From assembly GCA_043228905.1 (NCBI GenBank), contig JBHGNT010000007.1:5022001-5086000 (forward strand): a stretch of 64,000 nucleotides of DNA, in the 5' to 3' direction. Below are positions 1 to 10,951 of the stretch, piece after piece. The stretch is from Azolla caroliniana (taxonomy: Eukaryota; Plantae; Polypodiophyta). Made by a program: the position numbers and the translations under genes. How positions within the stretch are numbered: position 1 is the stretch's first letter; every line of letters begins with the position of its first letter. The notes beneath the pieces are model-generated. The model saw nothing but the letters and a program-made list of their open reading frames with translations. It was not told where the DNA came from and searched no databases.

Positions 1-433
1 CAGCCGGTCCACATCAGGGTATGTGATGACGTATGCAGGGGGAGCTGTTTCGTGGCAGTCGAGGCTGCAGAAGACGGTTGCGTTGTCAACCACGGAGGCG
101 GAGTACATGGCAGCTATTGAAGCCGGCAAGGAAATAATATGGATGAAGGACTTCATTAGAGAGCTCGGTATCCGGCAGGAGGAGTACCGACTCTACTGTG
201 ACAGTCAGAGTGCCATCCACCTTGCGAAGAACGCGGCCTATCACTCCCGGACGAAGCACATCCAACGAAGATATCACTGGATCCGGGAAAGGATAGAAGA
301 CAAGGAGTTCGTGCTGACGAAGATCCACACGGACGAGAACGGGTCGGATATGCTTACCAAGGTGCTCACACCCGACAAGCTGGAAGCATGCCGAAAGAGG
401 ATCGGATTGGAGAGACATCCCATGCCGAAGTGA
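1..433 (+). CDS. Ty1/copia pol C-terminus (RNase H), 5'-truncated by the window edge
   Basis: AVSWQSRLQKTVALSTTEAEY...YCDSQSAIHLAKN...RTKHI motifs; nearly the same protein as the RNase H of the copia at 25243-30645. Confidence 0.95.
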   Translation, partial: SRSTSGYVMTYAGGAVSWQSRLQKTVALSTTEAEYMAAIEAGKEIIWMKDFIRELGIRQEEYRLYCDSQSAIHLAKNAAYHSRTKHIQRRYHWIRERIEDKEFVLTKIHTDENGSDMLTKVLTPDKLEACRKRIGLERHPMPK

Positions 434-443
434 AGGGGGAGTT

Positions 444-996
444 TGTTGGGATTTCGGTCCCTCCGGATGGGATGTCCGGAGGTGAATGACGGCAAGCCCG
501 GTTGCGGTTTACGGAACCGGAGGATGAAGAGTACCCGGCATGAAGCCGGATGAAGAGTACCCGGCCGGAGCCGGATGATGAAGACCCCGGCTACGGAGCC
601 GGATGATGAAGACCCCGGCTACGGAGCCGGATGACGAATGTACCCGGAGAGAGATCCGGATGCGGGGACATATTTGTGAATATGTTTGCCAAGGGCCCTT
701 GAGGCTATATTTGTAAATAGCCCGAAAGTCATATGAGATAAATATGACTTAGGGCAAACAGTTTTTTGGTTGTTACTTTTTCCTGTTTTTCTACTTAGAG
801 GGAGCTAAGTGAGAGCAGCCGAGAGAGAGAGAGAGAGAGAGAGAGACGAAGAGGTCGTTGCCTCTGTGTATCACCGCCGCCTGTGGCGAAGACAGTGAGC
901 CCAAGGTTGTTGCCTTGTAGCTTCACCATTGTACATCTCTGTTTATAGTGATAGTTGGAGTTTGAGGACTCCCGTGGTTTTTCCCATTTAGGGTTT
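444..996 (+). mobile_element. Copia 3' LTR, truncated in U5
   Basis: PPT gaagggggag (432-441) followed by TGTTGGG; CCGG-rich ~27-bp tandem repeats at ~515-660; (GA)n; similar to the LTR at 25243; ends abruptly at a junction with gypsy gag. Confidence 0.8.
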
Positions 997-1009
997 AGTA
1001 CAATTAGAA

Positions 1010-2039
1010 CTAGCGACTAGGCTCGGGTTTAGTACAATTAGAACTAGCGACTATTTGGTTTACCTGTCTTCTTGGTCTACGGGGGCAATTTATTGCGATA
1101 TGTCCTGGTCCACCGCAGTAAAGACATAGTCGATTTGTACGGCGTCGCTGCTTTTCTTCTTCGGATAATGGTCCTCGACGACGTGTAGTGTCAATCTCCA
1201 TCGGAGTCGGAGTATTCGCTGGAGGCGCATTATATGACTCCCTCGGAAAAGGTCTTGCTACCACTGAGGCGTAGGTGGGCTCTGATCTTGCCCTCGGCAT
1301 CTGTAGCTGTCGTTCCGAACGTCGCTCAAAGAGGCAGTTGTCACATCTCACCGCGCGACTGATTGCTTCTGTTAAGGACTTTGGTTCTTCGGGGAAGGTC
1401 AAGAGTAAATCCTTGACGTCGTTGCGTAAACCATAACGAAATTGCTCCATCAACGCTTGATCATCCCAAGGAATATCGGCGGCGAGTAGGCGAAAATCTG
1501 CAGCGTATGCGGAGCCTGGACAGTCACCTTGGCGTAATCGCCGAATTTTGTTGATTGCGGTCCTGATGCTGTTAGTATCTCCGAAACATGCTTTAAACTC
1601 ACCTAGAAACTCTTCAAAATTGTTGAGTAACGGAGATTCCTTTTCTAATAGTGGAGCGAACCATGACAACGCTGAGCCACTTAACAAAGTGCCTACTAAA
1701 CCCACTCGTGATGCATCGGTGGGATATCGGGAAGGATGCATTTGAATAACTAATCGTACCTGGTTAAGGAACCCTCTAAACTGCGATCGCGTTCCATCGA
1801 ACTTCGTGGGAAGGCCAATCTTGGGTTCTTTATGAATCCCTTGTGTTCCGGGCCCTTGTTGTTGCATCGCTACGATAGTTGCTTCGAGTTGTTGCACGCG
1901 TAACGCAAGTTCCCCATGTTATTGTTGCGTTTGCTGCTTTTCTAAGGAGATTTGCTAAAGATCCCCCAGCAACCATTGGTTTTCTTGTTCCAAAGCATGG
2001 AACAAGAAATTGATATTCTTCAGCGCTAACAGTGGCCAT
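1010..2039 (-). pseudogene. Ty3/gypsy chromovirus gag (PEG10/Tcn1-like), frameshifted and 3'-truncated
   Basis: EPKIGLPTKFDGTRSQFRGFLNQ, LRQG..YAADF..LA and zinc knuckle CLYCGGPGHIAINC; homologous to gag at 14409-15537. Confidence 0.9.
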
Positions 2040-2214
2040 GGGATGAAAGAAAAGAGGAATAAAAGATTAGTAGGAAATGAGAGAGACAGAAGGTAGGCAA
2101 ATTGGTTCAAACTGTCAGGAACAGTACTGAGACAGAGAAGGAATTAGTACTAAACGAAGGATTAGTACTATGAGAGGTGTAGAACTTCTTCGAGAGAAGG
2201 AAGAAGTGAGCGAG

Positions 2215-2267
<53 letters not shown>

Positions 2268-2339
2268 TAGATAGATAGATAGATTATATTATCGTCTTCG
2301 GAGGTCAAATATGACCTATGAGACCAAAAATATTACATT

Positions 2340-5300
2340 TCACGTGATATGTGTGAAAGTGAGTAGTGACTCTCGATGTTCAAGAACTTTACCAATGAAT
2401 GTTGCAATCGAGAGTGCACATTGTGGTTGTGAGAGGAATTCATGCAAAGATTGGGCTCGATCGAAGAGATGTGTAAAGCATGGTCGAATATGATCAAAGG
2501 CAGAGCATTGTATCAAAGTGTGATACTCAGACTCGCGAACTTGTTTAGGGCAAAGTGCGCATAACCGACCACTCTCATCACTTGTACCCCAACGCCCTGT
2601 TTCACATCGCAATGCATGTGAGCTAAGTCGCATGGAAGCAATGGTTCGAATGGAAGATAACGGTATGGGCTCTAACATGTATGGATGTGTACGATTTCCC
2701 CGTTCCGCGAAGAATATGGTTTTGTAGTTAGGTGCAACATGTGTAGTATAATGTGTGAAGCGTGAGCCTCCACATTTGTCCCATGTCATGATACATTGGC
2801 GTTGCAAAAATGCCTCATTTACAGAGGAATCTAATGATGCATCATGAAGCAAGTGTCTCGCATCCCATCTACCAAACCATTTTTCTATATCTTGCATCCA
2901 ACCGGAACACAAAATTTTGCTTTTATGCGTCTTTTGGATCTTTTTGCTTGCTTCCCACGCAATTCTAGGAAGTCGATGTGAGGGACTTTTTTGAACCTTA
3001 AGCATGTATTCAACAACCCTTTCCATGGCCATGATCTCAATGGGAAGCGATCCCGTCTCAAGGAGGAGGAGGGTGTAGGGCGTTTGTTTCTTAACTTGTA
3101 GAAACTTGGTAAGAAAATGCTTTTGGACATTTTCAAACTCTTTCCACATAGATTTTGGGATGCTACCGCCCCATACTTCCACCCCATAGAGAAGAACCGG
3201 TGTCACCAAAGTGTCGAAAAGATATTTCTTGAGGACCCAACACTTAATATCTCCAAGATTGCATGTGTTCTCAAATGCATAGTATGCTCGCTTGCCCGCC
3301 TCTAAGCGGCGTGTAGCACATTCATTCCATCTATGATTTGAAGGAACTTCAAGGCCAAGATATTTGAAGCTTTCCACACATTCAAGTGGCTCATTGTTGT
3401 ACATAATGCATGGTTTATCTCTTTTTTGGCTCTTCACAAGCATAATCTTTGTTTTAGAGCTATTGACACTTAATTTAGTATGCATGCAAAATTTTTCCAA
3501 TGCCTTCATAAGCTTTTGTGCATCTCCTAAAGTATTTGCAAAAAGCACTACATCATCTGCATATAGCAAAAGCATAATCACAACATTCCCAATGGCAACT
3601 TCTTCAACACATTCTTCCTTTACAAACTTGGTAACCATTTCTTCCAATTCATCAATGCATAGACCAAATAGTGTTGGTGAGAGTGGGCATCCTTGCTTAA
3701 CACCAATAGTGCTTTTGAAAAAATCTGAAAGTTTATCTCTCATGCGCACACAACATATAACCTTCTCATAAATTCGGGAAATTGCAAGCATATATTCACT
3801 TGGCACCTCAAGTTCTTCCATTCGCCTCCAAAGATGCTCACGAGGTACCATATCAAAAGCTTTCTTGAAGTCTACAAAGCAACAATATAAACCTTTACCT
3901 CTAAGGCGACTTTCCTCCGTTAATACTCGAAGGGTGATAAGGTGATCAATGGTGCTATGGTGTTTCCGAAAGCCAGCTTGTCCATAAGCTCTCTTACCAC
4001 TTTTTTCAGCCCATACACTTATCTTTGATTCCATTATACATCCAAATAGTTTTGCCATTAATGAGCCAACCATGATGGTTCGATAGTTGTTTACATTATT
4101 TATATCTCCACCTTTATGTAAAGGTTTGATCCAATTTGTAGTCCAATCGTACGGCATACCATGTTGCAATGCATCATTAAACATATCGCTTATCCATATA
4201 TGTGCTTCCTTTCCCGTCCATTTGAGCATTTCAGCCTTTATACATTGAAGATCGCTTGCCTTTCGAGAGGCCAATTTCTTAAGTCCTATGCATATATCTT
4301 CAATTGTAAAGAAGGGAGACATATGTGAAAGAGAACCATAACACATCATCTTTCCGGCAAGAGATAACTCATATAAATTCTTACAATGCATAGACAAGTC
4401 GTGAAGAGTTAAGTCACCATAACTCTCAACACGTTTTCCCTTTAGATTTCCCCAAAATTTAGCACATGCATGTGCTTTCTCTTGCGTTTGGATAAGTTGT
4501 TGAGTAACTTCCCATATTCTTCTCTTTCTTTGAATAAGCCTTTTATACTCATGCAAATGCTTTTGGTAATTCTCTTTATCCTTAACTACATCCAAAACCA
4601 TAAGGCACTTTCGAGCTTCATGACATTCTTTATCAAACCATTTTTTCCTAAGTTTCTTGGTGCATTTCCAAGATGTGCGATTGGTCGAAAAACATTTGTT
4701 TGTACATGAGAGAATGACTTTCTTGAAAGCTTCCCATTTGCATTCTAGTGTGGCACCATGTTGTATCTTTGTCATTTGTAACATATCCTCAACCATCTTG
4801 GAATACATGGGTGCTCGCTTAAGGTTCATGCTCAAGTGCGGTTGTTTATTATCTTCAATAGCCTTCTCACAATCAAACCTATGCATACATTTGAGATCGA
4901 TACATAAAGGCCTATGATCGGATTCCGGTGTCCATTCACCAAGTGAGAATTTATGTATACGATCCAAAATACATTCGGAAAGTAGCACATAGTCAATCAC
5001 ATTATTTCCATTGTGTTTTCTACATGTAAAACCATTAGTGTTGGGCCATAAGGAAATACCATTTGCAATAAGCAATCCGGTACTATTGCACATTTGTAGG
5101 AGTAACTTCCCAAATTGGTCCGGATCTTTTTCATCGCTAGAAGAGCGGTTATACATTTGCATATCCTCTTGCATCCTTGAGATATGTGGCATGAAAGATT
5201 CTTGTGAATCAAGTTGGAAACTTCTTGTACGAGCATTCATGTCACCAAAGACAATAACTTCCCCTTTGGATTTGAAATAAGCAATATCATCTTCTAGATT

Positions 5301-5714
5301 GGCAAACGGTTGATCTTTATCCAAACAAGCATAAAAGTTAGAATCTTGATGAGGGATGTAACATCCAACTACAAAAGTGGGCAAATCATTAGGTGTTTCT
5401 ATTTTGAGCCATATGTAGCATTTATTTTCATCATTTTTTATGATTGACACATATTTCTCTATTTCCTTCTTAATCAAACATGCCACCCCTCCTTGTCCTC
5501 TTCTTTGTCTTGGATTTTTCTTCCATATCAAAGAGTGTACATTATAGTTTCCTAAACCTTGAATCCTTTGAGTATCATGCTCCCATGTCTCAACAAGAAG
5601 TGTGATATCCGAGTCATCGGTGAACTCCTCTATGCCAAATCCCGCATTCCATGGGTATCCATTGCAATTCCAAAAGCATAGTCGTAAAAGGCGTGGGTTA
5701 GTCTCATAGATCAC
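2340..5714 (-). CDS. LINE ORF2: AP endonuclease, reverse transcriptase and C-terminal Cys/His domain
   Basis: WNCNG, VETW, GDMNAR, IDY, SDH (APE); QAGFR, FVDFKKAFD, GVKQGCPLSP, LLYADD, YLG (RT); SSHALRCETGRW...CALC...ESEYHTLIQC. The first codon is GTG, not ATG. Confidence 0.95.
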   Translation of the reverse strand: MIYETNPRLLRLCFWNCNGYPWNAGFGIEEFTDDSDITLLVETWEHDTQRIQGLGNYNVHSLIWKKNPRQRRGQGGVACLIKKEIEKYVSIIKNDENKCYIWLKIETPNDLPTFVVGCYIPHQDSNFYACLDKDQPFANLEDDIAYFKSKGEVIVFGDMNARTRSFQLDSQESFMPHISRMQEDMQMYNRSSSDEKDPDQFGKLLLQMCNSTGLLIANGISLWPNTNGFTCRKHNGNNVIDYVLLSECILDRIHKFSLGEWTPESDHRPLCIDLKCMHRFDCEKAIEDNKQPHLSMNLKRAPMYSKMVEDMLQMTKIQHGATLECKWEAFKKVILSCTNKCFSTNRTSWKCTKKLRKKWFDKECHEARKCLMVLDVVKDKENYQKHLHEYKRLIQRKRRIWEVTQQLIQTQEKAHACAKFWGNLKGKRVESYGDLTLHDLSMHCKNLYELSLAGKMMCYGSLSHMSPFFTIEDICIGLKKLASRKASDLQCIKAEMLKWTGKEAHIWISDMFNDALQHGMPYDWTTNWIKPLHKGGDINNVNNYRTIMVGSLMAKLFGCIMESKISVWAEKSGKRAYGQAGFRKHHSTIDHLITLRVLTEESRLRGKGLYCCFVDFKKAFDMVPREHLWRRMEELEVPSEYMLAISRIYEKVICCVRMRDKLSDFFKSTIGVKQGCPLSPTLFGLCIDELEEMVTKFVKEECVEEVAIGNVVIMLLLYADDVVLFANTLGDAQKLMKALEKFCMHTKLSVNSSKTKIMLVKSQKRDKPCIMYNNEPLECVESFKYLGLEVPSNHRWNECATRRLEAGKRAYYAFENTCNLGDIKCWVLKKYLFDTLVTPVLLYGVEVWGGSIPKSMWKEFENVQKHFLTKFLQVKKQTPYTLLLLETGSLPIEIMAMERVVEYMLKVQKSPSHRLPRIAWEASKKIQKTHKSKILCSGWMQDIEKWFGRWDARHLLHDASLDSSVNEAFLQRQCIMTWDKCGGSRFTHYTTHVAPNYKTIFFAERGNRTHPYMLEPIPLSSIRTIASMRLSSHALRCETGRWGTSDESGRLCALCPKQVRESEYHTLIQCSAFDHIRPCFTHLFDRAQSLHEFLSQPQCALSIATFIGKVLEHRESLLTFTHIT

Positions 5715-5720
5715 GTGTCC

Positions 5721-6590
5721 CTATTTGCCTACATTTCCATCTTTAGGCACATCCTTAACCTTGTTTTTCAATCTTTCTTCATATGCTTTACGACGAGCAT
5801 TTTGTTGTGAGATAGTACGATCTTCACTCACAAAGCATTGTGTACCTTTGAGGTATACCCAACTATTTTCGAGTATGATCCGCCGCTTTGTATCATCTGT
5901 CATTGTGCATACAATAGGCCTTTCTCCGGAGCGAGTAACACCATGTTTCCCAACTCGGTGTGCCCCATATACATTCACATCTGACATCCCATAATGCATG
6001 CTAAAAAATTCACCAATGGCCTTTCCAAGGGATGCGGGTGTTTCAATACTCTCTTCTTTAATCCCACGGATGACAATGTTCTTTGATCGTCGTTCACGTT
6101 CTTTCAATTCTCGGACATCTATGTTTTCGATATTCTTCTCTTGATGCATCACATGCATATTAGATGAGTTTGATAGCACATCCCCACCACATACATCGGC
6201 CCATGACTTCGTTGTACATACATTTTTCATCTCACTTACATCCCGCCTCATCGTGTCCAATTTTTCTTCTTTTAATGCTTCCTTTAACTCAATCTTGTTA
6301 AGGCGCTCATTTGTTTCAAAAGAAGCTCTTTTACATTCTTGAATCTCTTCTTGAAGTTTTGCAACCACTTGTTTAAGACTTTCATTCTCAATGACAACAC
6401 TTTGGAGCTTAGTATTCTCTTTCATTAACGTCCTAATCTCTTCACCTTGCTTGTTTATGGTTTCTTGAAGAGAAATCAAGTGACTCATAAGCATTTTGTC
6501 CATTGCATTAGAATCAAGATTTGTTGGTGATCTCGGCTCATTATCAATTATACCCCCAAACTTTGCGGCGGTTTTACGAGTATTTGCCAT
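5721..6590 (-). CDS. LINE ORF1 (coiled coil plus RRM-like domain)
   Basis: ATG at 6590; heptad-rich region, KSWADV, ERERRSKNIVIRGIKE, AHRVG, RPIV, VSEDRT motifs typical of LINE ORF1 proteins. Confidence 0.9.
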   Translation of the reverse strand: MANTRKTAAKFGGIIDNEPRSPTNLDSNAMDKMLMSHLISLQETINKQGEEIRTLMKENTKLQSVVIENESLKQVVAKLQEEIQECKRASFETNERLNKIELKEALKEEKLDTMRRDVSEMKNVCTTKSWADVCGGDVLSNSSNMHVMHQEKNIENIDVRELKERERRSKNIVIRGIKEESIETPASLGKAIGEFFSMHYGMSDVNVYGAHRVGKHGVTRSGERPIVCTMTDDTKRRIILENSWVYLKGTQCFVSEDRTISQQNARRKAYEERLKNKVKDVPKDGNVGK

Positions 6591-6867
6591 TGAAGGGACA
6601 AACCCTACGGGAAAAGAGAGACAGAGAGGGAAGGAGAGAGAATGTACCTTTCACTCGATTTAGGGCTTCAAAATCTACCTTCCGTTTGAGGAACCGTGGG
6701 GTAAAGATGGCTGCGGATGAAAATGCTCATAACTTCTCGCTACGGTAACGGAATTCAGTAAATGAACATTCTTTAGAAAGCTCTCTCAAAGAGCTTTCCA
6801 ACGAGCTATAGAACGTAGAAAACGATGGCCGGAGTGAACTTACAGAGAGCTTTGAAAGAGAGAGAGA

Positions 6868-6940
<73 letters not shown>

Positions 6941-9900
6941 AGAAAGATATGTATTATATGAAGAGAATATACAATGGTGGCTAAAAGGCTTAAGACTGGC
7001 GTTGAACCAATTTGGTTCAACATAATGCTTAGTGCCCTCTTTTATAGTGTTTTCAAGAGTAATCCTGAAGCTTCTAGAATGTTCCCGAGAAATCTGGAAT
7101 ATACACTAATTTCCTATAATAAAATGTAAATGAAAATAATATCTTATGTATTACAATTGATGATCTAATGGTCAAGAGCTCGACCCATATAACCTAAGGT
7201 CATGGGTTCGAGTCTTGCCATATCATGACAGATGGACGATCTTATCAAAGGTATAAAAGATTTTTCATTACATGTCGCAAAGCTACAAGAAGAAAAATCC
7301 TCACAACCCCAAAAAAATTATGAAAGGAGATGCATATGGTGTGATAGCGTCGACCATTCAATAGAAGGGTGTGATAACTATCAAGAAGCGATAGAAAGAG
7401 GGGTGATATTCTTCAAAGATGGTAAGATTCATTCTTCTAAAATTCGATTACCTCTCCGAACTAACTTTAGAAGAGGTGGTATGAGAAGGATCATCGAAGA
7501 TGCGGAAATAACTAGGACACAAGTTGTCTATCAACCAATAACTACAGTCATCCATGTTGGTGGAGGATCTATTCTGAATTTTGGCCGTGTATTTTGAAAG
7601 CTACAAGAAAAGGTAAAATCGAGTTTGAAAATTTGAAGTCTGGAGGTGATGTTGTCCGAAGCAAAACTGGTTGGGAAGACCTAGTGGATGGCCTAAGGCT
7701 TTCGTGAAGGTTGCAACAACCCAAGCCCATGAAGTGATCATGGAAGAGAAACGGAAATGGGCGAAAAATGACAATAACAAGAAGAGGGAGCTAAGAAGTG
7801 CTAAAATGTGGGAGACGGAAAATTCAAAAATGGTAAGCCCTGACATTGAAAAAGGTAATGATAAGAAGAGTCCCTCGTTCAAATTATTATCTGATATTGA
7901 AGCTTCAACTAATTTTAAAAAAGTATTGGAAGAAAGAATTTTAGATAACAAAGTGGAACTTTCCTTGAGGGAACTTTTGGGCATAGCTAAAAAAGAATTT
8001 CATGATGCAATAATAGATGGAATTAAAAGAAAACGACAAAGTATTGAAGCCGCTGAAAACCCAAGAAGTGAAGTAAAGAAAGCAACGGTGGAAGTCCTCA
8101 AAGGTGAACCAAGCTCTTCCATTGTTGGTACACAAGCTATTGCGACGACAACTTCTGAAGTGATGCCGAAAGAGCTAAAAAGCTACTATGCTAAGAAACA
8201 TTGGGCAAGAGCAACAACTGAGACACCCGTGAAGATTGAAAACCTTGAAGATCCGGCCGTGGCCTTAATTGACCACAGGTCAAAAATTAATCTAATTTCT
8301 TATGATATTTATAGGAAAGACGGATGGCCAATGGAAACGAATCATGGGTGGAGGGTAAAATCGGCTAATTCAACGACCGAGCAACTTCATGGAGCTTGCC
8401 CAACATCAAAGTCACCATTGAAGATGTGCCAATGGAGCAACATTTCTTTATCCAAAAGACCTCGTCATACCCAATGATTCTTGGTCAACCATATATCACA
8501 TCTTCTAGGATGGAGACGAAGGTGCTTGAAGATGGCTCGACATATGTTAGAATTCGGAGTACTGATGGTAAAAGGAGTGTTCAATTTCTTACTGTTAGGC
8601 AGGAGCATGATAGAAATAAAGAAGAATTACGAATTAACTCATGTGAGCATGATATGTCATCTTATGAGTCGGATTTTTAAATAGGATCATTGATGGGTAG
8701 GGACACAATGGTCCCAAAGCTTTTCTTTCCTTGCAAAAATGTTTTCCAATTAATAAAACAATCAAAACATTCTCTAATACAATGGATGGATTTACCTGTT
8801 ACTTTGGTGTGGAAAGTCATGCACAAAATAAAGGGAGCAGGAAGATGTTGGATGCATTGTGCACTTCAGGGATGATTGAAAGGGATGACATAATTTTTGG
8901 CATGTTTCTTGAATATTCAGATGTGGATACAGTCAAAATATTAGAAAATTGCTTGAGTGAGAAAGAATGCGAGAAGAGATTTGTTCATGTAAATTATGTT
9001 GATATATACCTTCATATTGCTGATTTTATTGAAAAAAATGGTTGTATAGTTAATAGTGAAATAGTTGGCAATAGCTATCATGAAATGGCTAAAAAAGCAA
9101 GTAAAAATAACTATGCAATAAAAGTTAGCACTAAATATAAAACAATAGACAAAAAGGTCAAGCCCATGGCCATGCATCTACCTATGGATAGTACTGAAAT
9201 GAAAAAGAATGTCGCGTTTGAGCCAATATTACGGGATTCTAAGGACATCGGTCAAAGTTTACAAATGCTACTCTAGATCTAAAAATTGGTGAGAACGAAT
9301 TTTTTTTGCCTGTTGAGATACAATGTTTTCGAAATATGATTGCTAGTAATGGGAAAGCATTTGCAGTTGAGTCAAGTGAAATTGGTTGTGTAGACCCAAC
9401 AGTTGTGGAACCAATTATTATATTTACAATTCCGCATATTCCTTGGATTTTAAGGCCTATCCTTGTTCCTCAGGCCCAAATACCGCAAGTAATAGCTTTG
9501 CTTAAGGAAAAAATAGAAATGGGTATCCTTGAGCCATCAAATGCCCCCTACTCGAATAAGTGGTTTACTGTACCTAAAAAGAACGGTTCATTAAGGTTCA
9601 TTTAGGATTTACAACCTGTCAATAGAGTTACTATTCGAAACGTCAATGTTGGACTGATTGTAGATGCCTTTGCAGAAGCTTTCGCAAGAAGAGCTATATA
9701 TTCTATGTGCGATTTGTATTCAAGATATGATCAATTTAAGCTTGTTATTGATAGTCGTGATATAACTACTATAAGAACACCAATTGGATTGATGCAAATG
9801 TGTACATTGCCTCAAGCTGCTACAAATTCTGTAGCACATATGGTGAATGCTATGAATAAAATTTTAAGAGATTTTGTGCCAAAAATAACTATGCCTTTTC

Positions 9901-10761
9901 TAGATGATGTTCCAATTAAAGGATGCTTGATGAATAAGAAGGATGAAAAACTCATGTTGAACAGATGTAGAAAGTTTGTTGCAGACCACATTGATGCTTG
10001 TGAAAGAATCCTTTCAAGGTTAGAAGAGGTTCATCTTACATTTTCAGGTCAAAAAACTATGTTTGGGGTTCCTAAAGTTCTGATTGTAGGGCACATGTGT
10101 GGACCCTACAGAAGAAAGTCATCCCCAATTAATGTAAATGCAATTCAAAATCGAAAGGATGATTGTAAATCTCTAACAGAAGTGCAAAGGTTTTTGGGTG
10201 CTTATGTGTTTTACCGAATTTGGATTCCACATTTCACACATGTGGCTGATCCGCTTTATGGGTTGCTTAAGAAGAATTCAAGTTTCCTTTGGACTAATGT
10301 GCATACAGATGCACTTCACCAACTAAAGGAAATGTTGTTGAATGCCCCTGTTTTACGGAAGGCTAGGTATGATAGTGAACACCCCATTATTGTTACTGTG
10401 GATACAAATCCAATTGCCAGGATCGGTTGGGTTGTTAGCCAAGAAGAGAATGATGGGTTGAGATACGCAGTTCGATTTGGTGCAAAAATCTTAACAAAAA
10501 GAGCTTACCCACAAATTAAAAGAGAGTTATGGGGTATGTTAACAAGTATTAAAACAAATTGTGAATACTTAATTGGTGTTGAAGTTGTGGTTAAAACTGT
10601 CAAGACTGAGAGAGAGAAAGAGAGAGAGAAAGAGATAGAGAGATAATTGAAAGAGAATTATTATATTGAAGCGTAAAATGGATTACAAAGAGTAGGCTAC
10701 AAAATGGCGTTGAACCAATTTAGGTTTGGGATGGGTGGTAGATCCCTATTTATAAGTAATA

Positions 10762-10910
10762 GAGAACACTCTAGAATATTCTAGGTTATCCTAGAATGTA
10801 GAGTAATCTAGAAGATCTCTAGAGTATTCTAGAAGGTTCTAGTGGTATCGAATACTCTAGAATATTCTAGGTCATTCTAGAATGTAGAGTAATATAGAAT
10901 ATTCCTATGA
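10762..10910. promoter_or_regulatory. Heat-shock-element array in the chromovirus B LTR (also ~15780-15925 and ~63508-63650)
   Basis: Repeated nGAAnnTTCn units, including perfect aTTCtaGAAggTTCt at 10826-10840, immediately upstream of the minus-strand TATAAATA. Confidence 0.7.
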
Positions 10911-10951
10911 TATTAGATTTCATATTCTAGAGACTATACATATAAGAATAT

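Larger units (their letters stand above)
2263..6855 (-). mobile_element. Apparently full-length non-LTR retrotransposon (LINE, RTEX-like)
   Basis: Two uninterrupted ORFs, short 3' UTR with hairpin, (ATCT)n tail merging into (CT)n; flanked on both sides by the same microsatellite. Clade assignment is inferred from the ORF2 C-terminus plus an ORF1. Confidence 0.9.
2113..7230 (-). mobile_element. 5' LTR of chromovirus A, split by a LINE inserted into its (GA)n tract
   Basis: TGTCA at 2113 and TGACA at 7230; primer site GTTTGAACCAATTT (minus, 2099-2112) abuts the LTR; TATA (minus) at ~7039-7046. Confidence 0.8.

Noticed and set aside
8698-8706. TAG GGA CAC identical to the LINE stop context
   Set aside because: It lies in a decayed element, in the loop of the putative frameshift stem; a 9-nt match is not enough to claim a shared mechanism.
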